DNA of 64,000 nt, from assembly GCF_001194135.2 (NCBI RefSeq), contig NC_068987.1, positions 94,767,036 through 94,831,035 on the forward strand, written 5' to 3'. This DNA is from Octopus bimaculoides (lineage: Eukaryota). This document shows, one piece after another, positions 1 to 13,813 of the stretch (within the stretch, counting starts at the first letter, position 1; each line of letters begins with the position of its first letter). The position numbers and the translations under genes were made by a program. The notes beneath the pieces were generated by a model. That model did no database searches. It had not been told where the DNA came from and saw only the letters and a program-made list of their open reading frames with translations.

Positions 1-584
1 TTTCCCTATTAACCCATTTGCTTTTCCGTATTGAATTTTATTAATAACTTTTTTGATGTTCTTCCTAAAAATTCTTCACACTGATGAGAATGACAATGCA
101 TAACTCTAATTATTATTATGATTTTTTCTTAAATATTTGTATTGTCTTTTGAAATGTGCATATGTATTGAATTCAATTTTGTATTAAATTCAATTTTGAT
201 TTTAACATATTTTCTCCATTTTTGTACTTGTTTATGATATTTTTATACCTATAACGAATTTTTTCAATTGTTATTTTCATATTCTTAATACTTGCTCTGG
301 CTAGTTTTTATGAAAATGATGAATTTTTTTATTGGAAATTATTTTTTCTCTCTTTTTGGATTCTTCAAAAAGTTTGAATTGTTTGTTTGAACTTATTTAT
401 ATTTTATAAATATTTTTAAAAGATATTCATATGTGTAGATATGTATTAATATATGTATACGCATTTTAAATCGAATTTATGAGTACGGTTTGCTAATTTG
501 AGTTTATATCTTAGTTCTTATATATAAAGATGTTTCTTGTTTATTTTGTTACAATCTTTTGACCGTTTCTTATTATTCTTGCAG

Positions 585-704
585 CCAAGTATCCGTGATT
601 AGTGGAAGTGTGCTGACCAGAGATGGAAGTTCCCTTATTGGTGTGAGAGTAGGAGTAGTCACTCAACCGCTTTATGGATATACATTTACTCGAGCTGGAG
701 GAAG
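585..704 (+). CDS. TENM: Teneurin coding exon 1 of this window (internal exon, pre-NHL Ig/FN-plug region)
   Basis: Acceptor ttcttgcag| ends at 584, donor |gtcagt starts at 705. Peptide (S)QVSVISGSVLTRDGSSLIGVRVGVVTQPLYGYTFTRAGG(R) fits the teneurin pattern VIRGxVVTxxGxxLVGVxV...GFTxTRxDG. The phase-2 end AG joins G at 5826 to give Arg. Confidence 0.93.
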
Positions 705-3000
705 GTCAGTTTTTTTGTTGTTCTCCCATTCTCTTGCTCTCTGTAAAATTAAGCAGAGAGATAGATGGATTGGCTGATAGTTAAAATTTAGAAAGCTTAA
801 CAAATTGATTGATAGAAATAGAAATATAACTTAGAACAGTTTCAGACATTATTGGCCCAGGCCATCACTAACTTAATAACACCACCTAGGGACACCGTTT
901 AAGTAATGTTTTGGAACATCATGAACCATTTGAGCAAAGAGTTGCTTTTGGCTGAGATGTACCCACAAGTTGGTGGTCTGTGTGGTACTTCTTGGAGGAC
1001 TTTGTGCAAATACCATTTGAAGGTTGTGGGGTCTTTTTTGTTTTTGTTCATTAATTTCCTTCAGGAAAACATTGATTAGGGCAGCACCATTCAAGGTAAA
1101 AGAAAGTTGTGTTGTTATGTTCTTATTTGATGTAAACTTGACTTTTGTAGGGAGTGCTTGGCACAGGGGTCCTAGCCTTGTGTGACTCATAAACTCGATA
1201 ATGACTTTGCTTGGATAATACTGGTGGAATATTTTCCACGTTGTTCAAATAATGTAGTGCTCAGGATGGCATTGGATAGAATAGACTTTCAGATTTTGGA
1301 TGTGAGCCCAATAATGAAGGCTTATCATGCCATTCAGTTCTATTTCTGTGTTTGATCTTTGTCATGCTTCAATGCTCATATTTTGTTTTGTGTAGGGGAA
1401 CCACAATGTGCTTCAGTAATTGAGGTCGGTCCTCACAGATGTGGAATGGAGAAGGATAAGGATTTCATAATGTGTAGACTGAAAAGTTCTGAGAATCCAT
1501 GCACACATTCTGTGGGCCAAAATGACATTTTGTTGGTGTGTGCATTGCAGCTAAGTTTCTGATATCATTTGATGGTACAAGTAGGTCTCCCAATGGTATG
1601 AATATGGTTGTTTGGGTATGCTCTCTTTTCCAAGGTGGATGACTCAAAGATTTCCTCATTCAGCTGCATATTGTTTACCTGTGCCCACTAGGTCACTGCG
1701 TATAGATCTGATTGAAGTTTCTTTCAATCATGAATCTCTGAAGCTTAGATTTATCTGCAAAGACTGTTGTGGTGCTATGTTTGATGAAATCTGCAATGTC
1801 ATTTTGATTGATAAAAAAATATATTTGTTAGATTGAGATGTTTCAAGCAATACAAAATATGGCTCATTATAATGGTTTCTCAGTCTGAACCCTACAGAAA
1901 TGTGCTTCCCAATCAGGGTAGTCTCAGGTTCATAAACTCGACAATTAAACTAGAGGCTAGGTTTTACCCAATTTGTATTTAAAGTTTAATGATGTTAAAT
2001 CCAGTCATTCCTTTCACCCTGAGAGTTCTGCTAGAAACTTCATCTTAGAGCCTTTCTAAAGAAAATCAATTCAGTTTGTTTATGGATGACAATAATTTTA
2101 TCCCTGTCTAACTTTTACTTATATGAAGAGTTAAATCTCAACACTGCAAGCTAAAAAAGCACTTACAGATCTTACACTGCTTCTGTGGTTGTTGATAATA
2201 ATGCTGTACATTTAAAGTAGTGCAGGGGTTGGGTCTGATCTATTGATCACTTTATTTTAAATTTTAAAATTATTTTTTAGATACTGTATCAGTTGAACCA
2301 CCTTCGTTCTTAAAATGGAAACTGTGAAGAACCATTAATGATGCTAATTATACATTCATTTTCGATGTAGTTGATCAGCAGAATTAATCCAAGTCTCGCC
2401 CATTAATTATGGTCATAAACTGTAGGTTTGAAGGGCAAGGGAAATGAAATGGCTCAGGCTTTAGGGATACAGTTTAAGAGGAGCTTGCAAACTTTTTTTC
2501 AGAACTTATGAAGAAGTTTAGCAGACTATTTCTCTCATAGTCATAAGAACATGCCTGTTCCAATGAATGTAACACTTAAATATCAGTTTTTAATGAACCA
2601 TATCAATATCATTATATCTCAAGCTAAGAATTCTGAGCAGGGATTTTAGTAAACTGAAGAGACTAACATTTCATCAACTGAACTCAAAAGTTTTGCTTAA
2701 CCCTTTCATTACCATATTTATTTTGAGATGTTCTGTGTTTCTTTCAATTATTTTAAATATAACAAAGAATTTAGTAAAATAACTTAGTTATCATTCAGCT
2801 AGTATTAGGAACATAAAATGTGACTAAGATTTGGTGGAAGATTTTAATTTAAAACTTATGCAAACAAGACATCTGTACTACAGAGCCAGAGCTGGTTTCA
2901 GACAGGTTGGTAACGAAAGGGTTAAACTTGCCAAATTCTCAAGACTGATATTAAAGAAAATTCATGTTTAGTGTCAAGTGTGTATATATATATATATATC

Positions 3001-3123
3001 ACTACACTCTCTGAGTGGTTGGCGTTAGGAAGGGCATCCAGCTGTAGAAACTCTGTCAAATAGTCCAACCCATGCTAGCATGGAAAGCGGACGTTAAATG
3101 ACGACGACGATGATGATGATGAT
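3001..3123 (+). mobile_element. RTE-tailed SINE or LINE 3' end, family A
   Basis: Shared motif actacactctctgagtggttggcgttaggaagggcatccagctgtagaaac...ccaacccatgctagcatggaaagcggacgttaaa plus a (GAC/GAT)n tail. It recurs many times in the window. Confidence 0.8.
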
Positions 3124-4444
3124 ATATATATATATATATATATATATCAGTTTCACATGTGTCAGAAAGGAGGAGGAGAACTAAAAAGATCAAGTATGTT
3201 ATCCCTGTTCTTCCTCTTGTGACTATATAAAAAAACATTTTACAAATTTAAAAAATCATAAATACACAAAGTAATTTAACAAAGCTACTGAAACATATCT
3301 CTCAACAAAACAACAACAGCAAGCAATTTAAGACAATTTCCTGTCTTAAGCGGTGGTTGTCTTGTGTGCTCCATAGAAGTTTTCTGAATCATACACATCA
3401 TGGTTTATTTTTGATTTAATGTTTTACAGCTGGTTCCCATTCTGGATGCTATCCCTTTTAGTTGCTTCTCAAGACATGTTAGGATGCTATCAGTCAATTC
3501 TAAAATTGTCATATACAGTAACATAGAAACAGATCTGAAACAAGCACACTCTACCTGAGCAGTATCTAAATAACACTTGTAATTGCCAAACTGTTTAATC
3601 CACTAAAGTCAAAATTAGTAGAAAATCTAGCTGGCAGTGTATATAGATCTTGATTTTTAGATGTACATGTACCTCATCATTTTGGAACAGGTACTCAATT
3701 TTCCATGTATTTGGTTTGCAAGATTCATAATTTAAAATTCTGAGATCAAATAGATTTTTTTTTTTTTTGTATTTTGGGCAGGACATTATGCCCACCTGGC
3801 TGTCAGATATTGGACTCTTACTTGTGCTTGTATAAGAAATAACAATTCAATGTTATCTAGTGAGATAAAAAAAACCAAAGATTTATCTTTCATTAAATTA
3901 GTGACATAAACACAAAGTAATACAAAACTGTATTTTGTGTGCCTTTAAAGGTGCTTGGAGACAAATTATTGACATTTTAGAAGACTGATGTTTAATTTCA
4001 ATATGACCAGTTTTGCTGGTCATATTGACAAAGACAAGGTTTTTTTTCTTTTCAAATGAGACTCAGCGAAACTGGACGTCAACAAGCTAAGTGAGCCATA
4101 TCAGGCATTATTAGACCATCGACAAATCATTAATATATCCAATTCAGGAGTAAAGCAAAAATGTTTAAAGGAAGAAAAAAAAAAAAGAAACAAGAATTCC
4201 AAGAGCAAAGTTAATTTCTTCCTGTGTCCAGTGAATCATGCGAGGACACTTTAGAAATCACTGATTTGTATCAAATAAGCTTTAAAAAACATCAGAAAAA
4301 TGGGATAAATAATTACTGTGCCTCCTTAATCATTGGGGAAATTACTGAGTCATGAATATAAATAGAATTGAAAAGAATTCATTGATTTCTCAATTTACAT
4401 GTTTGTAAGTTTTTAAGGTGGTAGAATAATTAATTAAACTTACT

Positions 4445-5450
4445 TCATCATCATCATCATCATCATCATCATTTAGCATCCATTTTCCATGCTGGCATGG
4501 GTGAGATGGCTTAACTGGAACTGGTAAGCTGGAGAGCTGTAGCAGGCTCCAGTTTGATTTGGCTTAATTTCTATGGCTGGATGCCCTTCCTAATGCCAAC
4601 CACTCCATGAGAGTAGTGGGTGCCTTTTACGTGTCACCAGCACTGGCCATGATTATGATTTCACTTGGTTTGATGAGTTTCTCAAGCACAGCAAATCGCC
4701 AAAGGTCTTGGTCACTTGTCATCACTTCCATAAGACCCAACATCCAATGATCATGTTTGACCACCTCATCCCATGTCTTCCTGGGTCCACTTCTTCCACA
4801 GGTTCCCTTCATATTTAGAGATCAGCATTTCTTTATGCAACTGTCCTCATCCATATGCTTCACATGACCATCCCAGAGCAGTCTTCTTCTTTGCATACCA
4901 CATCTAATGCCTCATATGCCCAATTTTTCTCTCAAGGTGCTCACACTCTGTCATACATTGACATTGCACATCCAGTAAAGCATTACTGACTTCATTTCTT
5001 TCAAGCTTTTGTACATCCTCTGTCTGCAGTCACAGCCCATGTTTCACTGCCAATATAGTATGGCTGTTCACACACACACACAGGCATCATACAGTAATCT
5101 GCCTTTCACTCTGCAGGAGAGGCTCTTTCTTACCAACAAAGGTAGATGCTCTTTGAACTTTGCTCAGTCAGTTCTTATTCTTGCAACTCTCGGTGCACCC
5201 ACCTTCACTGCAGACTTGGTTGCCGAGAGAATGGAAGCTATCATCTACTTCTAGGTATCCCACTGCTGGCATTTGATGCAGTCTGTTTTCTGTACAATTC
5301 TAGTGTATCTCTACATCTGCCACACACAAACTCTACTTTCTTTGTTAACTTCCCTTTCATATTGCAGCACTCCTTATGTGTCCATAACTTGCACTGGGAG
5401 TTTCTAGCTACTCCTTTTCTACATATTGAGCAGGGCTGTGTGTAGAAAAG
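4445..5450 (-). mobile_element. RTE-clade LINE 3' fragment, degenerate
   Basis: The minus strand carries the family A tail and interrupted ORF2-like peptides PCSICRKGV...CKLWTHK and GPRKTWDEVVKHD...MTSDQDLWRFAVLEK. Left of these is a (GAT)n tail. Boundaries are approximate. Confidence 0.85.
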
Positions 5451-5825
5451 GTGTAGGTAGTAACTCTATAAGGTGTACAACAAAGTTATTCTATTCCTCA
5501 CAGGTAGAAATGTAGAAAAAAAAAAAAAGAAGTTAAAAATGCTCTGGGATTTGTTTAAATTTTCTATTTTTAAATCTTTGAAAACTTGACCAAGTTGCAT
5601 GACATAGCTCTACATCTTTCTATATCAACTTTGGAAAATCAGGATTATCTTACCATTTTTGTCACACTGTTGTCGTTAACAGTTAGTGAGCCATGACAAA
5701 TCTCAGACAAAACTAGATTTGTCTGAAAACCACAACACAAAATTATTTTATCTGTCAATGTGGTTTTTTGTTGCCTAATTTTTTTACTTTTCTGGTTTTG
5801 TTGATCCCAATCTCTTATTTTGCAG

Positions 5826-6105
5826 GTTTGACATTTTAGTCAATGGTGGTGGCTCAGTGACACTACAGTTCAACAGAGAGCCGTTTCCTGCTCAAAGTGC
5901 TAGCGTTCTCGTACCTTGGAACCAAATTATAACAATGGACACAGTGATCATGACTTTGGAAGATGATGACTGGATAGCACCAAATCCAATCCTGTGCAAT
6001 GTTGAACACCAATACTATCTGCTACGGCCAGTTGTCCTCTCAACTTGGCAACACACCCAACTTGGTGCCTGTCCAGAGAAGACCACTATCATCCCAGAGT
6101 CTCAG
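5826..6105 (+). CDS. TENM: Teneurin coding exon 2
   Basis: Acceptor ttttgcag|, donor |gtgatt. Peptide FDILVNGGGSVTLQFNREPF...VPWNQIITMD...LRPVVLSTWQHTQLGACPEKTTIIPESQ contains the hallmark FDLxxNGGxxxTLxF and IxxESQ motifs. Confidence 0.97.
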
Positions 6106-7305
6106 GTGATTAAACTTTTGCTTTATGAAATTATGAACAACAGTAATATCCAGAAACATAACTAAATGTGGTGTAACAGTGAAACTGCTCAAGTGGGAGT
6201 GTGTGTGTGTGTGACATAGCTTCAAAATGATTTAAATAACAAAAGAAAATATAAAAGATCAATAGATGTATGATTTTAGATCCAAGAGATATCCACAATC
6301 AATGAGAATGTTAAACAATATTTCACAGGCTGTGTACATTTGTCATAAAGGATTTCCAAAATGATTTGTAATTTCAGTAGTTGTTAAGTGTACACAGGTC
6401 ATTAGATTTTCTTCTCACACAGATTTAAATTCTGCTGTTTTATGAGTATTATACATGCAGTTACATGCATATATATATACATACTAGCAAAAAGACCACC
6501 CTTCTAGCAGTTTTCTGCTAGTTGCTAAATGATATTTACTCCTTTTATTTCCAATATGATTAAATTTTCTGTTTTTTTATACATTATGTCTAATTTTCCT
6601 TTAAGCCCTTTATTCATCTGGTAGTACTCACTCCCACAGTAAATTCAAAGCATAACTACAGAAATGTGCCCTGCTGTATTTGTTTCTTCATAACTTCTTC
6701 AGAAATAGTTATTGAATCATGAGAGTTTCTACAAATACATTTCAGATGGTGTGGATTACGATTATATTGCAATTTGTGGTAAAAAATTTTGGGGGAAGAG
6801 GAATTTCACATAATTCCCCCCCATCAATTTTGTTTTCTTGTAACATTCAGAACAATGGGTATTATAATGAAAGTTTCAACAAGTAACATTCAGATGATTT
6901 AGATTGTGCTTTCATAGGAATTTAATGTGAGAAACAAGGGAGGGAAATGGATATTCCATGCATCTTGGCTTTGTTTTCTGATTGTTTTGATGGTTTAATT
7001 ACAATGACATTGAAAAACTAGTACTTTTTGAGAACCATCAACTGGTGGAGTTTATCCATGGGTAAAGTAGTAGTAAGTGTACCTGGGGTTAGGTACTTGC
7101 TTCTTGAAAGAATCAAAGCACAGCAGAGGTAGTTATGTTACTGGTTCTGCAATATCATCAACCAACAATATAAACTGTCAACCACACATGTGTGTGTATG
7201 TGTGTGTGTGTTTTATTCCAAGACCAACTTTGCCTTTAATTATTCCATAATTAATCAAGCAAGCCCCAATCCATTTTACAATTTCTTTTTTGCTATTATT
7301 TGCAG

Positions 7306-7573
7306 GTACTACAGGAGAGCTTGTCCATTCCTCACACTAATGTTCATTTAGTCTATCACAGTAGTGAATCTGCCGGATATATGTCGGTTATTTTGATTCA
7401 GATGACGCCTAGCAGGATCCCAGAATCCTTAGCTGTGGTGCATCTGAGAGTGTCTGTAGAAGGAATTGTTATGGAGAAGGTCTTTGAAGCTGATCCAAAC
7501 CTCAAGTATACTTTTTCTTGGAATCGTCGAAATGTTTACCGCCAGAAAGTTTATGGTATTGTTACAGCCAGAG
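7306..7573 (+). CDS. TENM: Teneurin coding exon 3
   Basis: Acceptor tttgcag|, donor |gtaagt. Peptide VLQESLSIPHTNVHLVYHSSESAGYMS...VEGIVMEKVFEADPNLKYTFSWNRRNVYRQKVYGIVTAR. Phase 0 in, phase 1 out, consistent with both neighbours. Confidence 0.97.
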
Positions 7574-8649
7574 GTAAGTGTATTTTGGATTTTGATGAAA
7601 AATCATTAATGGAAAGAATATCTTTATTACCAGTTTCCTCACATGTTAATTTGAGCTGATTGGCTAAGACTGGGCCAAAGAAGCACAGCTTTTAGGAGTT
7701 TTCTTGTTATGTTTTTTATAATGCTAGAAAATCATTCTTTCACAAATCTCGATGATCCATGAGGATTTTAATCAGTTTTTTGGAGAGAGAGAGAGAGAAA
7801 GTTATACTGTTAGGTAGTATTTCAGTTTATCATAAGGATCTGTGAAGAGCTAGAATTATCTGTTGAAAAGATATTTTGCAGTACTTAAAAGTAATGGTTC
7901 TCAAACAGACAAATACCAGTCCCCCCACAAACACACACACACACACTGTAAAAAAAAAAAAAAAGGACATTTAAATAACTGAAATTGTTTCTCCCTTTCT
8001 TTATTAATGAAAAGAGAGAATAGATTTACATCCATATTATGCTTCTTTCTTCACCATCGCATTGAGCAAGTGTATGAGATTTAGATCTCTCTAAAATTTA
8101 GTAAAATTTCGTGCCTTATGAGAAAAATTACTTTAAAGTGTACAAGCAAAGAATTAAGCCATTTTGTGGTGGTCAAAGGTAGGATTAGGATGTTGACACT
8201 TAAGGATGCTTTTGACTGGACTCGGGTAGCAGGACCAGAATATCTGACCATTCAACCATGTGCAACTTGTATGCTCACAAAGGCTCCATTCACTTGTGCT
8301 TCATGAGACAAGTTGCAATGGTTATTAACCCATGGCATAAAATTACTGACATAGCATAATGAGTTCAAAACCTGCCGTAACTGTTGCACAGTGTCCTTGG
8401 ATATGGGATATAGAACTTGGTGGTTTAGATCTAGCTGTTTGCTCAATATCTATTTCTCTTATTATTTCATAATTGAGTGATTAGTGGTACAAAGTGACTG
8501 AAATGATTAGTGGAAAGAAATTCAGAATGGATAAAATGATCACATATGTATGTATGTGTGTGTGATTAGAGATTTCAGAAGGTGAAGTTCATGGAGCACA
8601 AGCAGTTCATATCCACTCACCAGCATTATTTTACCCAAGAAAACGACTC

Positions 8650-8703
<54 letters not shown>

Positions 8704-9228
8704 TATGTGTATGTGCATGCCTGCACACACGCATACTCACACACTCACACACACACATGAGATATGAGTTTAGAAAATGCAGTATGTATATCTAAAATAT
8801 GCAACTGAAATTAGAGAAAAAGACATATTAATATAATGTATACCCTCCCCACCAAGTAAAATGGTGGTTTATCAGTTCCCAAAGCTAATTCAACTTGTGG
8901 AGAAGAGTCTTTAGTGTCAAATCTCAGAACAAACTTCCCCATTCATCTTGATATAGGCTGATTTTGAAGACTGGTTCATGGGCCCTATTTCATGTTCAAC
9001 TCATTATGCACAGCATTCAGCATCAGGTTGGTGTAAATATTTGTGTGTGTGCATGCAAATCCATGATTCTTATGAGGAATTGATTTAAAATATATTGTGT
9101 TATCAATTATATAAACATGTGGGAATAGTCTTATGGATTTAATATATGTTTTGTATTTTTAATGTATTCATAATAGTGAACCAAACTCTCATGTATTGCA
9201 ATTTTCTTTTTCTTTTTTGTGTTGCTAG

Positions 9229-9369
9229 TGTTTGTTGGGTATCAGTACCAAAATTGTCATTACATCTTTTGGGAAGCTCGGAGTACAACAATGAGTGGCT
9301 ACGATTTAACATCTTCTGAGATTGGTGGATGGAATCTGGATATTCACCATACATATAACTTTCAGGAAG
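9229..9369 (+). CDS. TENM: Teneurin coding exon 4
   Basis: Acceptor ttgctag|, donor |gtaggt. Peptide VFVGYQYQNCHYIFWEARSTTMSGYDLTSSEIGGWNLDIHHTYNFQE(G) contains the conserved GGWxLDxHH motif. Confidence 0.97.
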
Positions 9370-10448
9370 GTAGGTTCTTACCAACAACTTTATTCCAATC
9401 ATGAAGACAAATGTTTGGATGAAATGTTTTTTTTTATATTTCATATCTGTTAATTACATTGAACAAATGGATGAAAGGAATCTCAAGTTAAAGACAGTAT
9501 TACAATTGTAACTATTTAGTGACACAGCTCTGGACTCACTGGTAGCCTGTGGCAAGTTTAATCAAATTGGTTCCAAAAAAACTTGCTAGAGGTTGAGTTT
9601 TGAAGCATCTTTGTTTTGAGTCCCTAAGCAGGATTAGTGACTGGATATAGATTAGGAAGTCTTCAGCCATTAAGCATACATCCTCATAAATTCTGTCAGT
9701 TGCAACTTTTTTACCATTCCCATTTAGAAATAGACACCATTTTCATTGATAACAAACTGGTAATTATCAATCGAAGGAAATGTTCTATTGAAAAGTAATT
9801 ATGATAGCATTGACAGCAAGACTAATATTTGGCAGAGATGACAATAGGGGAGGATAACAATAATGGTGTGCTTCTGCTGCCACTGCTGCTGGTGATGAGG
9901 AACTAACATTGAACTTAATGACATTTGTTCCATCTATTTGCATTCTGGGTTTGTCTGTGACAACATGGAAGCAAAGGTGCATTTGGCCACACTTTTTCCT
10001 TCAACAGCATCACTGGCATTGAGATGGGAAACTTGCTGCATGGCCAACCTTGCTCAGATATGCACCCTGAAGAGAAACATTCCAGGTGCACTAACCTAGT
10101 CATCCCAGTATGGATGTAGGACTTAGATATGCATGCATACGTATGTATGTCTGTATCTATATAACATCATCATCACCATTTAATGTCCATTTCTCATGCT
10201 GACATTTCGACAAGAGGGATAACTGGATAATGGTATTTTTACAGGTATGTGTATATGTGCAGTATTTGGAGCCAGTGCAGGAGTATATTTGAATGTTTTG
10301 TTTTACGTATGGATTCTTATGTATATAGTTGTATATTTCGATATGCAAACGTATTTAAGTAATAAACTTCTGGAAAGTTTTACAAATATTTATAGTTCTA
10401 ATGATGGCTTGGATCTGTCTGTCTGTCTGTATGCATGAATGTACGTTG

Positions 10449-10640
10449 ATCATCATCATTGAACATCTATGTTCCATGCTGGCATGGGTTGCACAGTTTG
10501 TCAGGAGCTTGTAAGCCAGAGAGCTGCACCAGGCTCCAATTGTCTGTCTTGGCACAGTTTCTATGGCTGGTTAACCTTGCTAATGCCAACCACTTAACAG
10601 AGTATGGACTGGGTGATTTTTACGTGACATAAGCTCTGGT
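10449..10640 (-). mobile_element. Family A SINE/RTE tail copy
   Basis: Reverse complement of the family A tail: catcatcatt...ccatgctggcatgggttg...tttctatggctgg...taatgccaaccac. Confidence 0.75.
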
Positions 10641-10840
10641 ACTTTTTACATGGGCCCCAAAACCAGAGGGTTGCCAAGTAACTTGGAAGACAAAGACTTC
10701 TCAGCTAGGATAAGGAATGGTACTGCAGGAGATGGCTTTGTACCAGTTGAGAGGTTAAAATGTGTGTGTGTGTGTGCAGATTTAAATTCTGAAAATTCAA
10801 TTTCCTCCAAATTTACATATTAATTTGTTTTTGTTTGTAG

Positions 10841-11093
10841 GAATCCTGCACAAAGGTGATGGCACCAACATTTACCTGAAAGAGAAACCTAAAAAACTTG
10901 TTAACATTCTTGGAAATGGTTCCCGTCGCAAACTACTTGGAGACAACTCTGATGGGAAGGCACTGGACAAGCAGCTGCTTGCACCAGTGGCCCTTGCAAG
11001 TGGACTTGATGGGAGCTTGTACGTAGGCGATTACAACCTGATACGCAAACTGTCTCCAAGTAGAGAAGAAGTGGCTAGTATCTTGCAGATGAG
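10841..11093 (+). CDS. TENM: Teneurin coding exon 5 (start of NHL beta-propeller)
   Basis: Acceptor tttgtag|, donor |gtaagc. Peptide GILHKGDGTNIYLK...LLAPVALASGLDGSLYVGDYNLIRKL...ILQM; ends in phase 2 (AG). Confidence 0.97.
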
Positions 11094-11254
11094 GTAAGCA
11101 CTCTTTTTTTTATATTTCTTTGTAAAATGGGATGAATTCCTTTTTAGTTAGAACTGGAGAGTATAGCTTTGTATTCTTATTCTTCTTTCTCTCACTTTCT
11201 CCTTCCCATCTTTTTCATTATTGTAATCATGACTATAATTTTCTTCAAGCAGTT

Positions 11255-11305
<51 letters not shown>

Positions 11306-11938
11306 NNNNNNNNNNNNNNNNNNNNNNNNNNNNNNNNNNNNNNNNNNNNNNNNNNNNNNNNNNNNNNNNNNNNNNNNNNNNNNNNNNNNNNNNNNNNNNN
11401 NNNNNNNNNNNNNNNNNNNNNNNNNNNNNNNNNNNNNNNNNNNNNNNNNNNNNNNNNNNNNNNNNNNNNNNNNNNNNNNNNNNNNNNNNNNNNNNNNNNA
11501 GGGTCCTTCGTGATTACATCTAGTGGGGAGGAAAGAGAAAGAGAACATATATAGTAGGAGCTGCAAGACATAGATAATGGCAATAAGGTGCCCAAATGCC
11601 CCCCCCCCCCATAAGTCAAAGCTGAGTAGAAGCTTGATTTGCCAGATTGTCTGATCGCATGAGTGAAAAAAGGGTAGGAAAGCAGATTGCTAAAATGGAT
11701 AGGGCTGGAGGGTCGAGGAGACAAGGGCCATGAGCTGAGGAAGACAGAGGGATTCAGAAGTGTGGAAGTGGGGTGGGCAGCTGGAGCAGTAAAGATGATA
11801 GAGTTGCTGGGGAGAGGGAAGGAGCAGGCATAACACATGGATGGGGAGTTACTGTTAGGGACAGAGAACCCAAAATATAGCATTTCCAGAATTCATATCA
11901 GCATCGTCATCATCATCATCATCATCGTCATCATCATC

Positions 11939-12207
11939 TGGCTTCCGTGCTGGTGGCACATAAAAAGCACCTACCAATTGTGGCCATTGCCAGCTGCCTC
12001 TGGTCCCTGTGCTGGTGGCATGTAAAAAAGCACCCACTACACTCTCGGAGTGGTTGGCATCAGGAAGGGCATCCAGCTGTAGAAACACTGCCAGATCAGA
12101 CTGGAACCTGGTGCAACCTCCTGGCTTCCCAGACCCCAGTTGAGCTGTTCAACCCATACCAGCATGGAAAACAGACGTTAAACAACAATGATGATGATGA
12201 TGATGAT
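11939..12207 (+). mobile_element. Family A SINE/RTE tail copy
   Basis: tggtggcacataaaaagcacc...cccactacactctcggagtggttggcatcaggaagggcatccagctgtagaaac...cagacgttaaac plus (GAT)n. Confidence 0.8.
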
Positions 12208-13813
12208 ATATTTCTGTTCAATTTTTTCTTAATTTCAAGAATTTAAAAGTCGCTGAGTATCTCTATTGCAACACAGATTCACATCCCACTATCTCTAGAC
12301 TTTAAGTATATTCCCAGTCAAGAAAAGAAAAAAATAAATAAATGGAAATATGGAAAACCTGAAACATAGATTATGAAAGTAAAAGTTTGTTGGGGGGGAA
12401 AAATCCTGACAACATTTAACATAATTGGGTAGAAGAAAATGAAGCAACAAGATGAATGAAAAAAATGGAAAGAAGAAATTAGTAAAGGAAGGTGGTGGGA
12501 GGGGAAGGAGAGGACGAAGTGTATAGGAGGAATGTGAATGAAAAATAGAAGTGTAAAAGAAAATAGAAAAATTGTTGGGAGATGAAGGGGAAATATTTAA
12601 AGAAGGGGAAAGAAATAGTAGTAAGAAGATAGAAAGAACGAGGAAGTCTGATAAGATTAATGGAGGTAGGGGGAGGAGGAGGATGAGGAGAAGAAGAAGA
12701 AGAAGAAGAAGAAGAAGAAGAAAGATGAGAATGAAGACTAAAACAATGGGAAATGAAAATGGTGGAGAAGTAGAAGAATGAAGAAAGAAATAGCAGAATA
12801 AAGAGAGGGGAAGTCTGTTGAGGAATAAGAACTCTAAAAGAAATTAGTTTTATAAAGGATTTTTGTTATTGCAAGTGTGTGTAATTGGCAGTGAAACATG
12901 TCAAATATAATTTAGGCAAGAATGTAGAAAATAAAAGTCAGTTTGATAGAAATGTAATGTGAGACAAACAAACTAGAGAAAATACACCACACAAACACAC
13001 ACACAAGCAATATGTAATTGCATATATTTATGAGGACATAAATAAATTTATTCACTCATACACTCACAGGGGTCTATATAAACAATGTATAAACAGGTTC
13101 CTATAAATTCTTAACATTCACAAATATGTTACATGATGATTAATATACACAGAATGAATATAACAACAACAAAGATGTACAAATAAACAACCACAGCTAA
13201 AGAAAAATATGTATTATTAAAATATACTCACAACACACACAGATCCACACACATACACTCATGTATGTATTACAACACACACACATACATAATGCCAAAA
13301 GAGGCTTATATTAAAATACAAACAAGTAGGCATGCATTTGAACAAATACACATACATACACATGCACATATCTACGCCTGTACAAAAACTGACACTTACA
13401 CGAAGAAGTGCACACACACACACACACACACACACAAACATACACAAATACACACATTCATTTAGAATGCCTTTTCCGTACAATGTATAAAATCATGAGA
13501 GCAGAAATATTTAAAAAGCATAGAAACATGAAGAAATGGAACTATTTAGTGATCTATAAATAGAACAACTTTACTAATGATTTGAAAATTATGATAAACT
13601 ATGCCTACATTTCAATCAAATATAAATGATAAATATGAATTAGCACAAGGCTCCAAATTTCGTGAGTAAATTTAGCAGATAGCATAATACTAAGCATATT
13701 AATTATATTTTATCTGATCCCAACAAATGGAAGGCAAAATTGATTTAACATTTAAAGTTAGGAAGTAAAAGAGATGTCACTCTTGTTGTTTTGTTTGTCT
13801 ACCAAGTTGAGTA

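Noticed and set aside
873-1836. Cluster of 60-105 aa ORFs in intron 1
   Set aside because: No recognisable motif, and ORFs on both strands overlap. Possibly an old TE, but unsupported without a search.
8118-8446. ORFs with LKDAFD...KAPF (+), faintly like a Gypsy RT
   Set aside because: The similarity is only a few residues, with no YxDD and no LTRs. It needs an HMM search before any call.
12400-12830. Purine-rich ORF 12572-12781 (RRRR/EE-rich) and the C-rich ORFs at 26129-26449
   Set aside because: Low-complexity purine or pyrimidine strand-biased tracts including (GAA)n. No domain signal and no splice support.
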